DNA of 64,000 nt from Octopus vulgaris (GCA_951406725.2 OX597823.1:89528001-89592000), one strand, 5' to 3'. Positions 50,148 through 62,693 are shown, counted from the first letter of the stretch. Numbers and translations: made by a program. Notes: generated by a model from the letters alone, not told the origin.

Positions 50148-50712
50148 ATAGAACAAATTATGTTTCAACGCATGAGTTCACGTCTGTTTGTAAATAAAAT
50201 TATGTTTTCTGACTTAAATATCTTATTTGATATTGTTCCTTTCATATAAATATAAACTTCCTCTTCTATTCTGCTTCTTGTTATCAAAGATTTTTTAGGC
50301 CCTTAGTCTTCACTCATGCTGGTGCCACAGAAAAAAGCAATAGTTTACACTCTAGGAAGGGCATCCAGCCATATAAATCCTGCCAAAGTAGACGTTAGAA
50401 CATGATGCAGTCCTCTAACTCATCAGAAACTGTCAAGTCATCATACCCAAGCCAGCATGGAGGCCAGATTTTGAACAATAATGAGTTTTGTTCTTTTGAA
50501 TGAAGTTTATGAAGCATGGAAGGTACTAATGTATCGATGCATAAATATTGTTTGAGGTAATGAATTGGCACAATCATTAGAGCTTTCCAAAAATACCTTG
50601 TTGTTGACATTCTAAGTACAAATTCCTTTGAGGTCAAAATATATATTTGTTGCGTAAATTTCTTCCTCCAAATAAAATTTCTGGAGCATGACACTAAAGG
50701 TACGTAGGTACT

Positions 50713-51922
50713 GATCATCATCATCATCATTTAGCGTCCGTTTTCCATGCTAGCATGGGTTGGACGGTTCAACTGGGGTCTGGGGAGCCCGAAGGCTGCA
50801 CCAGGCCAGTCAGATCTGGCAGTGTTTCTACAGCTGGATGCCCTTCCTAACGCCAACCACTCCGAGAGTGTAGTGGGTGATTTTATGTGCCACCGACACA
50901 GGTGCCAGACGAGGCTGGCAAACGGCCACGCTCGGATGGTGTTTTTATGTGCCACCGACACAGGTGCCAGACGAGGCTGGCAGACGGCCACGCTCGGATG
51001 GTGTTTTTATGTGCCACCGACACAGGTGCCAGATGAGGCTGGCGGACGGCCACGATCGGATGGTGTTTGTTACGTCCCCAAAGCACGGAGGCCAGTCTAT
51101 GCGGTACTGGCTACGGCCACGTTCGGATGATTTTCTTGTGTGCCACCGGCACTGGTACCACAAAGATACAAATTCCATTGATGTTCATCTATTTTGATTT
51201 GTTTTGATTTGATTTGATTTTCACTTGCCTCAACAGGTCTTCACAAGTGTCACAAGAAGGAAGGTATGCACAGGTGGACTGACTACATCCCAGGTAGGGG
51301 CCACGGGTTATGGCCTGACTAGTCTTGCCGGGTCTTCGGATGGTGTTTTATGTGCCACCGACACAGGTGCCAGATGAGGCTGGCGAACGGCCACGATCGG
51401 ATGGTGTTTGTTGCGTGCCCACAGCACGGAGGCCAGTCGATGTGGTACTGGCTACGGCCACGTTCGGATGGTTTTCTTGTGTGCCACCGGCACTGGTACC
51501 ACAAGATACAAATTCCATTGATGTTCATCTATTTTGATTTGATTTGATTTGATTTTCACTTGCCTCAACAGGTCTTCACAGGTCTTCACAAGTGTCACAA
51601 GAAGGAAGGAAGGTATGCACAGGTGGACTGACTACGTCCCAAGTAGGGGCCATGGGTTATGGCCTGACTAGTCTTGCCGGGTCTTCGGTTGGTGTTTTTA
51701 TGTGCCACCGACACAGGTGCCAGATGAGGCTGGCGGACGGCCACGATCGGATGGTGTTTGTTATGTGCCCACATCACAGAGGCCAGTCGATGCGGTACTG
51801 GCTACGGCCACGTTCGGATGGTTTTCTTGTGTGCCACCGGTACTGGTACCACAAAGATACAAATTCCATTGATGTTCATCTATTTTGATTTGGTTTGATT
51901 TGATTTGATTTGATTTTGATTT
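50713..51922 (-). mobile_element. RTE 3' UTR (family D) with a ~345-bp segment present about 2.7 times in tandem
   Basis: Units at ~50998-51338, 51339-51688 and 51689-51922 each contain gatacaaattccattgatgttcatctattttgattt; 60-bp subunits at 50880-51060. Confidence 0.88.
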
Positions 51923-53712
51923 GTTGTATTAATATATTTATGTATATATAATGAAGGTACTATGGCTATGTTGTCAGAATGTTGCAGGAAAGGACTTCAC
52001 GATGAATTCCCCAAACTGAGAATAAGAGTAAAATGATACCCAAATCTCAAATGCTTCACATAGGACCTTATAGAGCGGGTGCCTGAGAAATCTACTCCCA
52101 TGAGCCTCCCGTGAATAGTGGATGGCAAGAATGGATGGATGGACTGAAAGCAATGATGTGAGAGAGAAAGCAAATATGACCCTGGCAAGATTTGAACTCT
52201 GAACGTAAAGGGACATACATAATTACATACAACATTCTGTCAGGCTCTCCTTTATTTCTGCTACTCTACTATTTGTTTGGCATAGAGTCCATTGTTGCTT
52301 TTCTAGTTTATCACCTGGTCACACTTGATTGAAAATACTTTTTTTATATATCAGGAGACTACACTGTCTAATAGATCCATCTATTTTTATATTATTTTTA
52401 ATAATGCTGAGGATATGGCTGTTATTTCTTGCATGTCTGGTCATAGGGAACAATTTACCTTATTTGGAAACAAGTTAGGGCTGACAACAGAAATCATTGG
52501 GACATTAAAATAATGACAATGGAGAGGAGGAGGCATAAATAAACAATATTATGTATATTATAGATAATATAAAAGTATATTCTATACTTTTGTAAGGTGG
52601 CGAGCTGACAGAATTGTTAACTTAGTCAAAATTCCTAGTTGTATTTCTCCTGATTTATTATACTCTGGATTTGTATTCCACCAGGGTCAACTTTGCCTTT
52701 CATCCCTAAGGGTTGACAAAATAAATACAAATCAAGGACTGGTCAATGTAATCAACTGAGCCCCTGCCCCCTCAATATTGCTGTCCTTGTACCAAAATTA
52801 CAACGAATATATATTTTTATCTTTGTCTGATAAAGCAACACATGATAAGTCTATTGTCAAGCAACAGATGTCTGTCCTATAATGTTGGAATATTCTTTGG
52901 TTCATTTTCTGTTGTTGCTGTTACAATTGATCATGTGTAACCCATTCGAAGTGAATGTTTTGTAATCTATGTCTATAGATAACATTTGCTGACATTTAAT
53001 TCTGGTTTTTAACTTCCATCTTGTCAATTATTGATAATTGACATGACTCCCATCCCTATTACACAGAGATAGGAACAAATAGACATGAAACTCATAAATC
53101 CAACTTCTCTGCTCCTTTTTTAAGCTCTTATTTTTTCTGCACTACCCAGCAAGCCTAATATCCACTTTTTACCCCTTAGCTGTCAATCTGGTCGTATCAA
53201 GCCCATATATTCTACCTGTTTTATGCTAAAACTGACCATTTGTACCTTCTATTCCCATACCCACTCTATGTTTGGTATTTCCCGCTCCTTGCTTCCTTAC
53301 CCTAGTGATCATTATGTTGGGTTTCATCCCCATGTCCCTAAATATGTCCCTATATTTTCCCATCTTAGCTCCTATCCCATTCATTGATTCTTGAACTGCT
53401 TTTTCCCTTGACTGCCATTATTAGTTCTTCCTTTATTTTCATATTTAACCCCATTTAGATCTGCTGTTATATTACCCTGCAAGTATTCTATTTTAACCTT
53501 ATAATCTGCTCTGGCTAGTGCTCAGTTGTAGTATTCTGTGTGCTCATAAAATATCAGTTCATCAGAGAATATTCTAGATTGGACACACTTTTTATAATGC
53601 TCCTAAGTTTTGATTCCGGGTGATCGATCTTTTACAGTAGCCTAGGGCCAAATAAAGCCAAGCAAATTTGGTAAACTGAAATTCAAAGAAACCCATCATG
53701 TGTGTGTGTGTC

Positions 53713-53743
<31 letters not shown>

Positions 53744-54515
53744 CTTTGTGTGTATGTGTGTGTGTGTGTGCCTTTGTGGTTATGTTTGTTCTCCACCACT
53801 GCTAGACATGGTTTAGCAAAAATTGATAAAATAAGTACTAGGTTTAAAAAAAAAGTGCTGCAGTCAATACATTCGACTAAAAATTCTTCTAGGCAGTGCT
53901 CCAGCATGGCTACAGACTAATGACTGAAACAAATAAAAGAAAAACTATAAAAGAAATAAGAGTTACATTCGACAGAGTAATCTGAATGCTAAAGGCTTAA
54001 AACTGAGATTCTGCATGTGTTAGAATTTATAATTCTCATCATTTTTGATGTGTGAGATCTAACAATTTCTTATGACCTGGTCCTGTTTAGAGTTTTGAAA
54101 CGTTGCCCACTTTTTCAAGCAAGTTATAGTGTTTGACTTGACTAAATGCAGCACAAAAAAGCTGCCATACTGGTCTAAGAGCTATCCATAAATTAAACAA
54201 ACAATTGTGATGTTTACTTCTGTTCATTGTCCTTTCTCTCACTAGCAAGATAATATTACCAGCATGTACAACATTAGTTTCTATAGGAATGTTATATTTA
54301 CCTAAACCTGACTAACTTAACAAGCAATAGTGTTACTGTTACATATGCAGTTACTATGGCAACAGTTAGGGTGAAGGTTAACTCATTAGGAAGGATAACT
54401 CACTAGGAAAACACACACACATCTACATATATGCCAAATCAATAAAGTTCATGCATGTGTGCATGCATGTATGTATGTATGTATGTATGTATGTATGTAT
54501 GTATGTATGTATGTA

Positions 54516-54564
54516 TAGGCACAGGTACACATATGTAAAGTATATATGTCTGGCTATGTGGTTT

Positions 54565-54596
<32 letters not shown>

Positions 54597-54681
54597 CATC
54601 ATATACCATCATCATCATCATCATCATTGTCTAATGTCCTCCTTCCATTTTGGCATGAGTTGGATGGTTTGTCAGGAGCTG
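54516..54681 (+). repeat. ~170-bp segment duplicated at 56541-56718
   Basis: taggcacaggtacacatatgtaaag...ggatggtttgtcaggagctg occurs twice, near-identical except for (TA)n length and a few substitutions. Confidence 0.93.
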
Positions 54682-55327
54682 GCCACCATACTTCTATGTC
54701 TGTGTTGGCATGGTTTTTTTACAGCTGGATGCCTTTCCTAACACCAACCACTTAACAGAGTGGGCTGACTGCTTTTTACATGACACCAGCACAGACAAGA
54801 TCAGTTTTGGCATGGTTTTTACCAACCACTTTACAGTGTGGACTGGATGCTTTTTACGTGGCACCAAGACTGGCAGGGTCACCAACAGACTTTGCAAAAC
54901 AAGGAATCTTTGAGAGGGGAGAAGGGGATCTTGTGTCAGATGATGAATGGTTAGAGTGTGACAGAAAGACAGAAATAGGTGTCTTGCTGTAGAGGAAGTA
55001 CATGGTTACCCAGCCAGAGAGAGAAAGAAAAGAAAAAGGGAGAGAGGAAGAGAGTTAACAAAAAAGAAGGCAGGAACTGATGTGCTGCTGTAAAGGAGAT
55101 AAATGGTTACCTAGCCAGAAGGAAGAGCAAGAGAAGGGGAGAGAGAGAGAGAGACTAAGAACAAGGACTAAGAACCAAAGGGAAGAGCAAGGGGAAAGAG
55201 AGAGAATGAGAGACAGCAAGAGTGCAGGAGAGAAGTAGTGGTAAGGTGCCAGGATATACTTGCTGTGTGTATATATATAATGTACTGTTCCATGGTAAGA
55301 AATAAATATTATTTATTTAAAGGACAC

Positions 55328-56542
55328 AATACATGTCTTTAATTGCTACGGACGTTAAACGATGATGATGAGTTTCATATGTTGAGAAATATCTCAAACA
55401 TATTCATCAGGCACAAATCACATATAATGAAATAAAATTGAATAAGAGAAGATACGTGAAAAAGCTGAGAAGGCAGCATATAGGAAACATGGAAGATTAA
55501 AAAAAGGCAAACAAAAATTTTAAAGTAAAAAAAAGGTAAAAGAGTTATATTAGATTATGTGAAGAAGTATTTAAAAATTGCTATGCCAATCACATAACTT
55601 CCTCCCATCATAAGGACAAAAGCAAAGTTACTAAGTTGACTAGCCACGAGTTTGGAAGCTAACGAAACACCACGTGTGATATTAAGTGAAGAATAATTGA
55701 GAAATCCACACCTTATTTTAATGGATCTAATAAATGTAGGCTATGTTTAGCTGAAGGAGCTCAGATCCTTTTCAGCTCTCTACTGAATTCTAGGTCTGAA
55801 ATTTTCAGCAGGAGTGGCTGTGTGGTAAGTAGCTTGCTTACCAACCACATGGTTCCGGGTTCAGTTCCACTGCGTGGCACCTTGGGCAAGTGTCTTCTAC
55901 TATAGCCTTGGGCCAACCAAAGCCTTGTGAGTGGATTTGGTAGATGGAAACTGAAAGAAGCCTGTCGTTTATATATGTATGTATATGTTTGTGTGTCTGT
56001 GTTTGTCCCCCCAACATCGCTTGACAACCAATGCTCGTGTGTTTACGTCCCCGTAACTTAGCAGTTCAGCAAAAGAAACTGATAGAATAAGTACTAGGCT
56101 TACAAAGAATAAATCCTGGGGTCAATTTGCACGACTAAAGGCAATAATCCAGCATGGCTGCAGTCAAATGATTGAAACAAGTAAAAGAGTAAAGAGTATA
56201 TTCTTTTACTTGTTTCAGTCATTTGACTGCAGCCATGCTGGAATATATTTTGAAGAATTAGAAAATTCCACCTATACCTGATTAACTTGCTGATAATTTT
56301 CCAGCTTTATAATTTCAGGTCTAAGGACAATAACTCTTTTACCTTTTTTTCACTTTTTCCATTTTTGTTTTCCATTTTTTAACCTTCTGTGTTTTCTACA
56401 TGCTGTCTTCTCATCTTTTTCACGTTTCTTCTCTTATTCAATTTTTTTTAGTTTGTTATGATATGTGGTTTGTTGTGCCTGATGAATATGTTTGAGATAT
56501 TTCTCAACATACAAAACTATTAGATGTACTTAAAGACATGTA
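55328..56542 (+). mobile_element. 5'-truncated Penelope-like element: inverted pLTR, GIY-YIG C-terminus, SINE insertion, direct pLTR
   Basis: 55540-55809 translates KSYIRLCEEVFKNCYANHITS..TKLTSH..DIK*RIIEKSTPYFNGSNKCRLCLAE..LLNSRSEIFS (PLE GIY-YIG pattern YIGxxExxFKxRYxNH..KWxI..PY..KCxLCLxE..LLNxRSE); ~55330-55548 is the reverse complement of ~56331-56542. Confidence 0.88.
55344..55415 (-). ncRNA. Hammerhead motif in the inverted pLTR, stem III interrupted by a ~23-nt RTE-like tail
   Basis: Minus strand: tgtgc-CTGATGA-atatgtttgaga-tatt-tctcaacatat-GAAAC-tcatcatcatcgtttaacgtcc-GTA-gca. Confidence 0.7.
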
Positions 56543-56547
56543 GGCAC
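56474..56547 (+). ncRNA. Hammerhead motif in the 3' pLTR (GAAA mutated to AAAA)
   Basis: tgtgc-CTGATGA-atatgtttgaga-tatt-tctcaacatac-AAAAC. Confidence 0.65.
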
Positions 56548-56589
56548 AGGTACACATATGTAAAGTATATATGTCTGGCTATGTGGTTT

Positions 56590-56635
<46 letters not shown>

Positions 56636-57051
56636 TCATATACCATCACCATCATCATCATCATTGTCTAATGTCCTCCTTCCATTTTGGCATGGGTTGG
56701 ATGGTTTGTCAGGAGCTGTGTCTTCTACTATAGCCTAGGGCCAAACGAAACCAAGTAACTTTGGTAGACTGAAATTCAAAGAAGCCCATTATATGAGTGT
56801 GTGTATGCACGCACATTTGTGTTCATGTCTCCTTATCTCTATATAAAACAATTATTGTAAATGAGTGTTACTATCATTGAAGTGGTGTTATTCGTTTCTA
56901 ATCTATGGAAACATACAGAGCCATGGGGAGAAATATCATGCTTGGAAACAGTAAAGATTGGCAACAGAGAAGGCACCCAGCATAGAAAATCTACCTCAAT
57001 GAATTCTAACCAATGGGGAAGTGGACATTAAAACGATGGTTTATGTATATA

Positions 57052-57451
57052 CTAGCAGTATCGCCCGACGTTGCTCGGGTTTGTAAGGGAAATAACTATA
57101 TAAGCATTTTTAGAGAGCTATAGCCAAAAAATAGCAAAAATATGCATTAAAAATGGGAAAAAAATGATGGTAAATTTTTTTTTAAAGATCGTTGACTCAT
57201 CGTAGACATTTTTAGAGAGTTACTTCCCTTATATCATAGTGAAAAAAATGCATTAAAATGGAAAAAAATGATGGTAAATTTTTTTTTAATCATAGACTCA
57301 TCGTAGACGCGCGCTAATACCCAGAAGGGCTCGATATGAATCACGACTATAAGATACTCGGTTTTGGTTAAACTGCACCGCAAAATGTGGGAGTAGTTAG
57401 GAATCTAAATCGTAGGAGACAGACACACAACTTTAGTTTTATATATAAAGA
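57052..57451 (-). mobile_element. Non-autonomous Helitron, ~400 bp, third copy
   Basis: Same termini and body as 42309-42706. Confidence 0.9.
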
Positions 57452-57453
57452 TA

Positions 57454-59006
57454 TCTATATATATATAAAATTCTTTGTCTCTGTCTGTCTGTTTTCTATG
57501 CATTCTCAAATGGCTCAAGGAAATCAAATCAAATTTTACAAGGTAAAATTAGACTCCACAAGTGTCAACATGTAATTTTTATTTTCATTTGAATTAAAAC
57601 AATATAATATTTCATCTAGAATGATCTTTCTATAGTCAACTATAGTAAAGGACATTTTATACCACCACCACCACCACCATGTCACATTTTGTACATGAGT
57701 GTGTGTGTGTGTATTTGTGCATTCATTAAGCCTCAGAGAATTAAACACACATACGTATACATATGTGATGATTACAAGTATATGTGTGTGAGTGTATGTG
57801 ATAGTGTATGTGTGAGTGTATGTGACAGTGTATGTATGTGTGAGTATACATACATTTTTGTTATGACTCTCACACACATCTAAAAAGAGAAAGAGACACA
57901 CACACAGATGGAGAGAGAGACAGGCCATTATACAGAGACGATGACTATGTCACATTTTGTATATGAGTGTGTATGTGTGTGTGTTTGCACATTCATTATG
58001 TATGTTAGGCCTCAGAGAATTAAACACATACACACGCACACACACACACATCTTCACATGCATATACATATGTGATGACTGACAAGTATATAATGAGTAT
58101 TGTTTATCCTGAAGGATGTGTGAATGTGTATCTGTGTGTGTCTGTCTTAGTATATATATGTATGTATGTATGTATGTGAGTATATGTGACAGTGTGAGTG
58201 TGTGTGAGTGTCCATTACACTGATGTAAACTGGCTACATTAAAGAGCCTTACTGGCTCCAACTAATGAAATGGTTGATAAACTCAGTCATGAATTTCTTC
58301 AAAAGTTAACAGATACATCAGAAATTACTTTTCCATCAATTCACACAATTCACACAGTGGATCAAGATCAAGCTGTTCAATACCCTGTTGAATTTCTGAA
58401 CCCACCTAAACCCACTGGGATACCACCACATCGCTTGACACTAAAGCTGGATGCTCCCATTACATTGCTTAAGAATCTTGACCTACCTTGCCTGTGTAAT
58501 GGAACTCGCTTAATTGTTACTTCCATGAAGCCCCATGTCCTAGAGGCAACAATCATAACAGGTAGTCACAAAGGAGAAAATGTCTTTATTCCAAAAATTC
58601 CTCTCATACATACAGAATTTAAGAGGCTTCAGTTTCTACTCAAACTAAGTTTTGCTATTTCAATTAACAAAACTCAGAGTCAATCCCTCAAGGTAGCTGG
58701 ACTTCATCTCTCTACTACATGTTTCTCCTATGGTCAACTCTATGTTTGTTGCTCACAAGTTGGAAGCAGCAACAATTTATTCATTTGGACACCAATAAAA
58801 AAATTGCGCAATGAATATTATTTACCCTGAGATGCTTCAAGATTGGCAGATATGCAGTTCTAAATTCTATTACTATTTCAATTTTGATATTTTTTAATAA
58901 AATATAATCTGAAATAATTATGAGAAAAAATATATCTTCATATTTATTGCTTACTAATCTGTATAAGAACAGCAGTAACCCAGGCAAAGCCAGGTCATTC
59001 AGCTAG
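57454..59006 (+). mobile_element. Internally deleted Helitron with both termini and a PIF1 helicase C-terminal remnant (ORF 58270-58830)
   Basis: A|TCtatatatatataaaa start; YPVEFLN..GIPPHRLTLK..LLKNLD..LCNGTRL..FAISINKTQSQSL..FSYGQLYV; 3' hairpin acccaggc-aaa-gccaggt then CTAG|T; internal microsatellite-rich duplication (~57679 and ~57948). Confidence 0.88.
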
Positions 59007-61351
59007 TGTGTGTGTGTGTGTATATATATATCTTCTTTATCTTTATCTTTATCTAGTTTCAGCTCACGCGCTGTGGCCATGCTGGGGCACCGCCATTTAC
59101 ATATATATATATATATATAACCACACACACAACACATACATATGCACACACACATGCACACACAGACTTGCGTGCATGCACATACCCACACATACCTCCA
59201 TACCTCCTTCTCTTACACCCTCCTGTCTTAGAAAGAACTTTTTCTTCACCCATTCCCTTCCGGTCATTTCAAAATGTAACCACATGTGAATCATTGGCGA
59301 ATTTCTTCCTCTGTCTTCCTTCCTATTAGACTTTCCTCTGCTGATATATATATCATCATCATCATAATCAACATTCTACATCTCTCTCTCTCCCTCTTTC
59401 TCTCTCGCTCTCTATCACCCTTCATACTCTTACAACCCATCCACCATACATTACCTCCCTTCCTCCCATCCTTTTTAAGTCTACTGTACACTTCTGTACT
59501 GCCAGTCAGCACCTACTTCCCCCCACCTCATCCCACTTGTCTTCCCTATAAGTCGTATGTATCATTGATCACCCCTTTCCACCGACCACTACATTCACCC
59601 TTTAATTATCATTTACTCTCTCCTAATTTCCATCCTATTCGGCAGAAATGCGCTGCCGTATTTCATCTGTTGTTACGTTCCAAGTTCAAATTCCGCCGAG
59701 GTCAACTTTGCCTTTCATCCTTTCGGGGTCAATAAATTAAGTACCAGTTACGCACTGGGGTCGATGTAATTGACTTAATCCCTTTGTCTGTCCTTGTTTG
59801 TCCCCTCTGTGTTTAGCCCTTTGTGGGCAGTAAAGAAATATATTTATCATAGGACACCCCACACCACAACACTTGTTCATTGTTCCCTATAGTCTTCATC
59901 TCTAACCATCTCTTACTTTCCCCATACACTCTTACAAACCCTACCTGCCCATCCTTCCTGTTCTTTTAGGTTGTGTCCCCAGAGCTCACCACTATCCTTA
60001 TCTCTCTATCTTCACTTTGCTTACTCCCATCTCTCTACTACTCTCTTTTACTTGTTTCAGTCATTTGACTGCAGCCATGCTGGTCAGGCAAATCGACCCC
60101 CACCCTGGGACTTATTCTTTGTAAGCCTAGTACTTATTCTATCAGTTACTTTTGCTGAACCACTAAGTGATGGGGACATAAACACACCAGCATCGGTTGT
60201 CAAGCAATGCTAGAGGAACAAACACAGACACACAAACACACATACACATATATATATACGATGGGCTTCTTTCAGTTTCCGTCTACCAAATCCACTCACA
60301 AGGCTTTGGTCGGCCCGAGGCTATAGTAGAAGACACTTGCCCAAGATGCCACACAGTGGGATTGAACCTGGAACCATGTGATTGGTAAGCAAGCTACTTA
60401 CCACACAGCCACTCCTGCACCTGTATATATATTATGTATATATATTATAGGCTTCTGTATGGTTTCTGTTCACAAAATTTCTATTCACCAAATTTATTCA
60501 CAAAGCCTGGTTGGCCCAAAGCTATAGTAAAAGACATTTACCCAAGGTGCTGTGCTGTAGGACTGAACCTGAAACCATGTGGTAATGAAACAAACTTATT
60601 AATGACACAGATATGTATGATAAATTTTCTTTATCATAATTCAATACTTGCTCTATTATGATATAATTTTTGAATCTGAGATTACACATTCAGAAAATAA
60701 ACAAAAACTAATTCAGGTTAAGCTGTCTTTTGTGTAAAGATACAGTTTAAAGACTGTATGTATTTTTGAATGATAATTATATCATAGCAGTAAGTTCTGC
60801 ATGGTGGCACACTTTGTGGCAATACTGTAAACCATAGTTGTTGTACTGGACAGCTCTTTAATCAGTTGTTATATGTTTTGTTGAAATGCATTTTTCAATA
60901 ATGAAGAATCTTGTTAAAATAGCCTTGTCGCTATTGAACTGGTATTTAATCGAATTAGCATGAAATGTCAATGGAAGATTTTGAATAAGATAAATAAGAT
61001 AATTTTAAAACAGATAATTGTCATCAAAGAAATAGATGCGGTCTTATACAGGTAGATATCAAAACAGGTTAACCCTTTTGCTACCATATTTCTGTTAATA
61101 TACACAACTTATGTTTCATTTAATGTTTATGTTTCATTAAATAAAATGCTGCTGAGCATTTTACCTGTTGTGCTAATGATTCTGCCAGCTCGCCACCTTC
61201 TTTCACCTTAATAATAAATAGGGAACATATATAATAGTTTATAGGGTTTTTTTTTAAAGCTTTATTCAGTTTACTTCTTGTGCTTATTTATGTTCATGCA
61301 ATTTTGGTTACTTTTTCTAATGAATTGTAGTGCGCCTGAGCACTATACAAT

Positions 61352-61355
61352 AAGA

Positions 61356-61387
<32 letters not shown>

Positions 61388-61494
61388 TTTCCTTCTTTCT
61401 TCAAATTTTCTTCGTTTCTCGCCCAAGTGTCCCCCCCCCCGTACACCTAGGGCTATTATTATTATTATTATTATTGTTATTATCATTATTATTG

Positions 61495-61526
<32 letters not shown>

Positions 61527-61578
61527 GTTATTATTATTATTGTTGTTATTATTATTATTATTATTATTATCATTATCA

Positions 61579-61628
<50 letters not shown>

Positions 61629-61737
61629 TTTCCTTCTTTCTTCAAATTTTCTTTCGTTTCTCGCCCAAGTGTCCCCCCCCCCCGTACACCTAGGGCTATT
61701 ATTATTATTATTATTATTGTTATTATCATTATTATTG

Positions 61738-61772
<35 letters not shown>

Positions 61773-61824
61773 GTTATTATTATTATTGTTGTTATTATTA
61801 TTATTATTATTATTATCATTATCA

Positions 61825-61872
<48 letters not shown>

Positions 61873-62052
61873 CTTCTTTCTTCAAATTTTCTTCATGTCT
61901 CACCGAGTGTTACCCTCCCCCCCCCGTACACATAGGGCTATTATTATTTATTATTATTATTATCATTATCATTATTATTGTTGTTGTTATTATTATTATT
62001 ATTATTATTATTGTTATTATTATTGTTCTTCTTCTTCTTATTATTATTATTA
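61352..62052. repeat. (TTA)n microsatellite with three ~68-bp non-microsatellite modules at ~242-bp period
   Basis: ttccttctttcttcaaattttctt..gtttctcgcccaagtgtc(c)n gtacacctagggc at 61387, 61628 and 61870 (third copy diverged). Confidence 0.95.
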
Positions 62053-62475
62053 TTTATATATTATCTCTGAATTAAAGGAAGTTCTAGGATAGAATGTTTT
62101 TAATCATAGATCTGTGTAACCAAGGCAGGTAACCTGGAGCCAAACATCAGCAGCAACAATAACAGTGACATTTAGCCTGTCTTCTTACTATCAACCTTCT
62201 GGCATGATGCATTTGTCCTAAACAAATATAAAATCACCCCTTATCCGGTTTGAAAAAAAATAGTCACTTGTAGTTTTTGTTGTTGTTGACTTTGTTTTGT
62301 TTTGTTTTTCTGTCCATTAATTAAGGTTGCCTTGCAGAGGAGAACAGGTCAACAAAAACATTCAGTTCATGAACTGACTTCTCACTTTCCAGACTACTTC
62401 TTAATGCAATTAGTATTTCCTCATTTAATGAACATTGATCTGTCAGCTCATTATCTTAATACATAAAACTGGAGA

Positions 62476-62506
<31 letters not shown>

Positions 62507-62594
62507 CATAAACTACAGTTTTGCACTAACATAGCTGAAATTCTGCATAAAGGAGTGAGGCCTATATGTTTTCCAAGATCATAGTATATGTGAC

Positions 62595-62693
<99 letters not shown>

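Noticed and set aside
50395-50730. 111-aa minus ORF, or a plus-strand exon ending AAG|GTACGT at ~50699
   Set aside because: The ORF starts in a (CAT)n tail and ends in a repeat; no recognisable domain and no clear acceptor.
50880-51060. Palindromic repeat at ~60-bp period resembling a CRISPR array (also ~21250-21470, 37610-37835, 63165-63430)
   Set aside because: The intervening sequences are homologous to each other, the context is eukaryotic, there are no cas genes, and the units belong to an RTE 3' UTR.
58270-58830. Host PIF1 helicase gene (also 1034-1566)
   Set aside because: C-terminal fragments only, with motif substitutions or frameshifts, and associated with Helitron termini.
61278-62092. 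265-aa and overlapping poly-Ile/Leu/Tyr ORFs
   Set aside because: (TTA)n lacks stops in several frames; no protein-like content.
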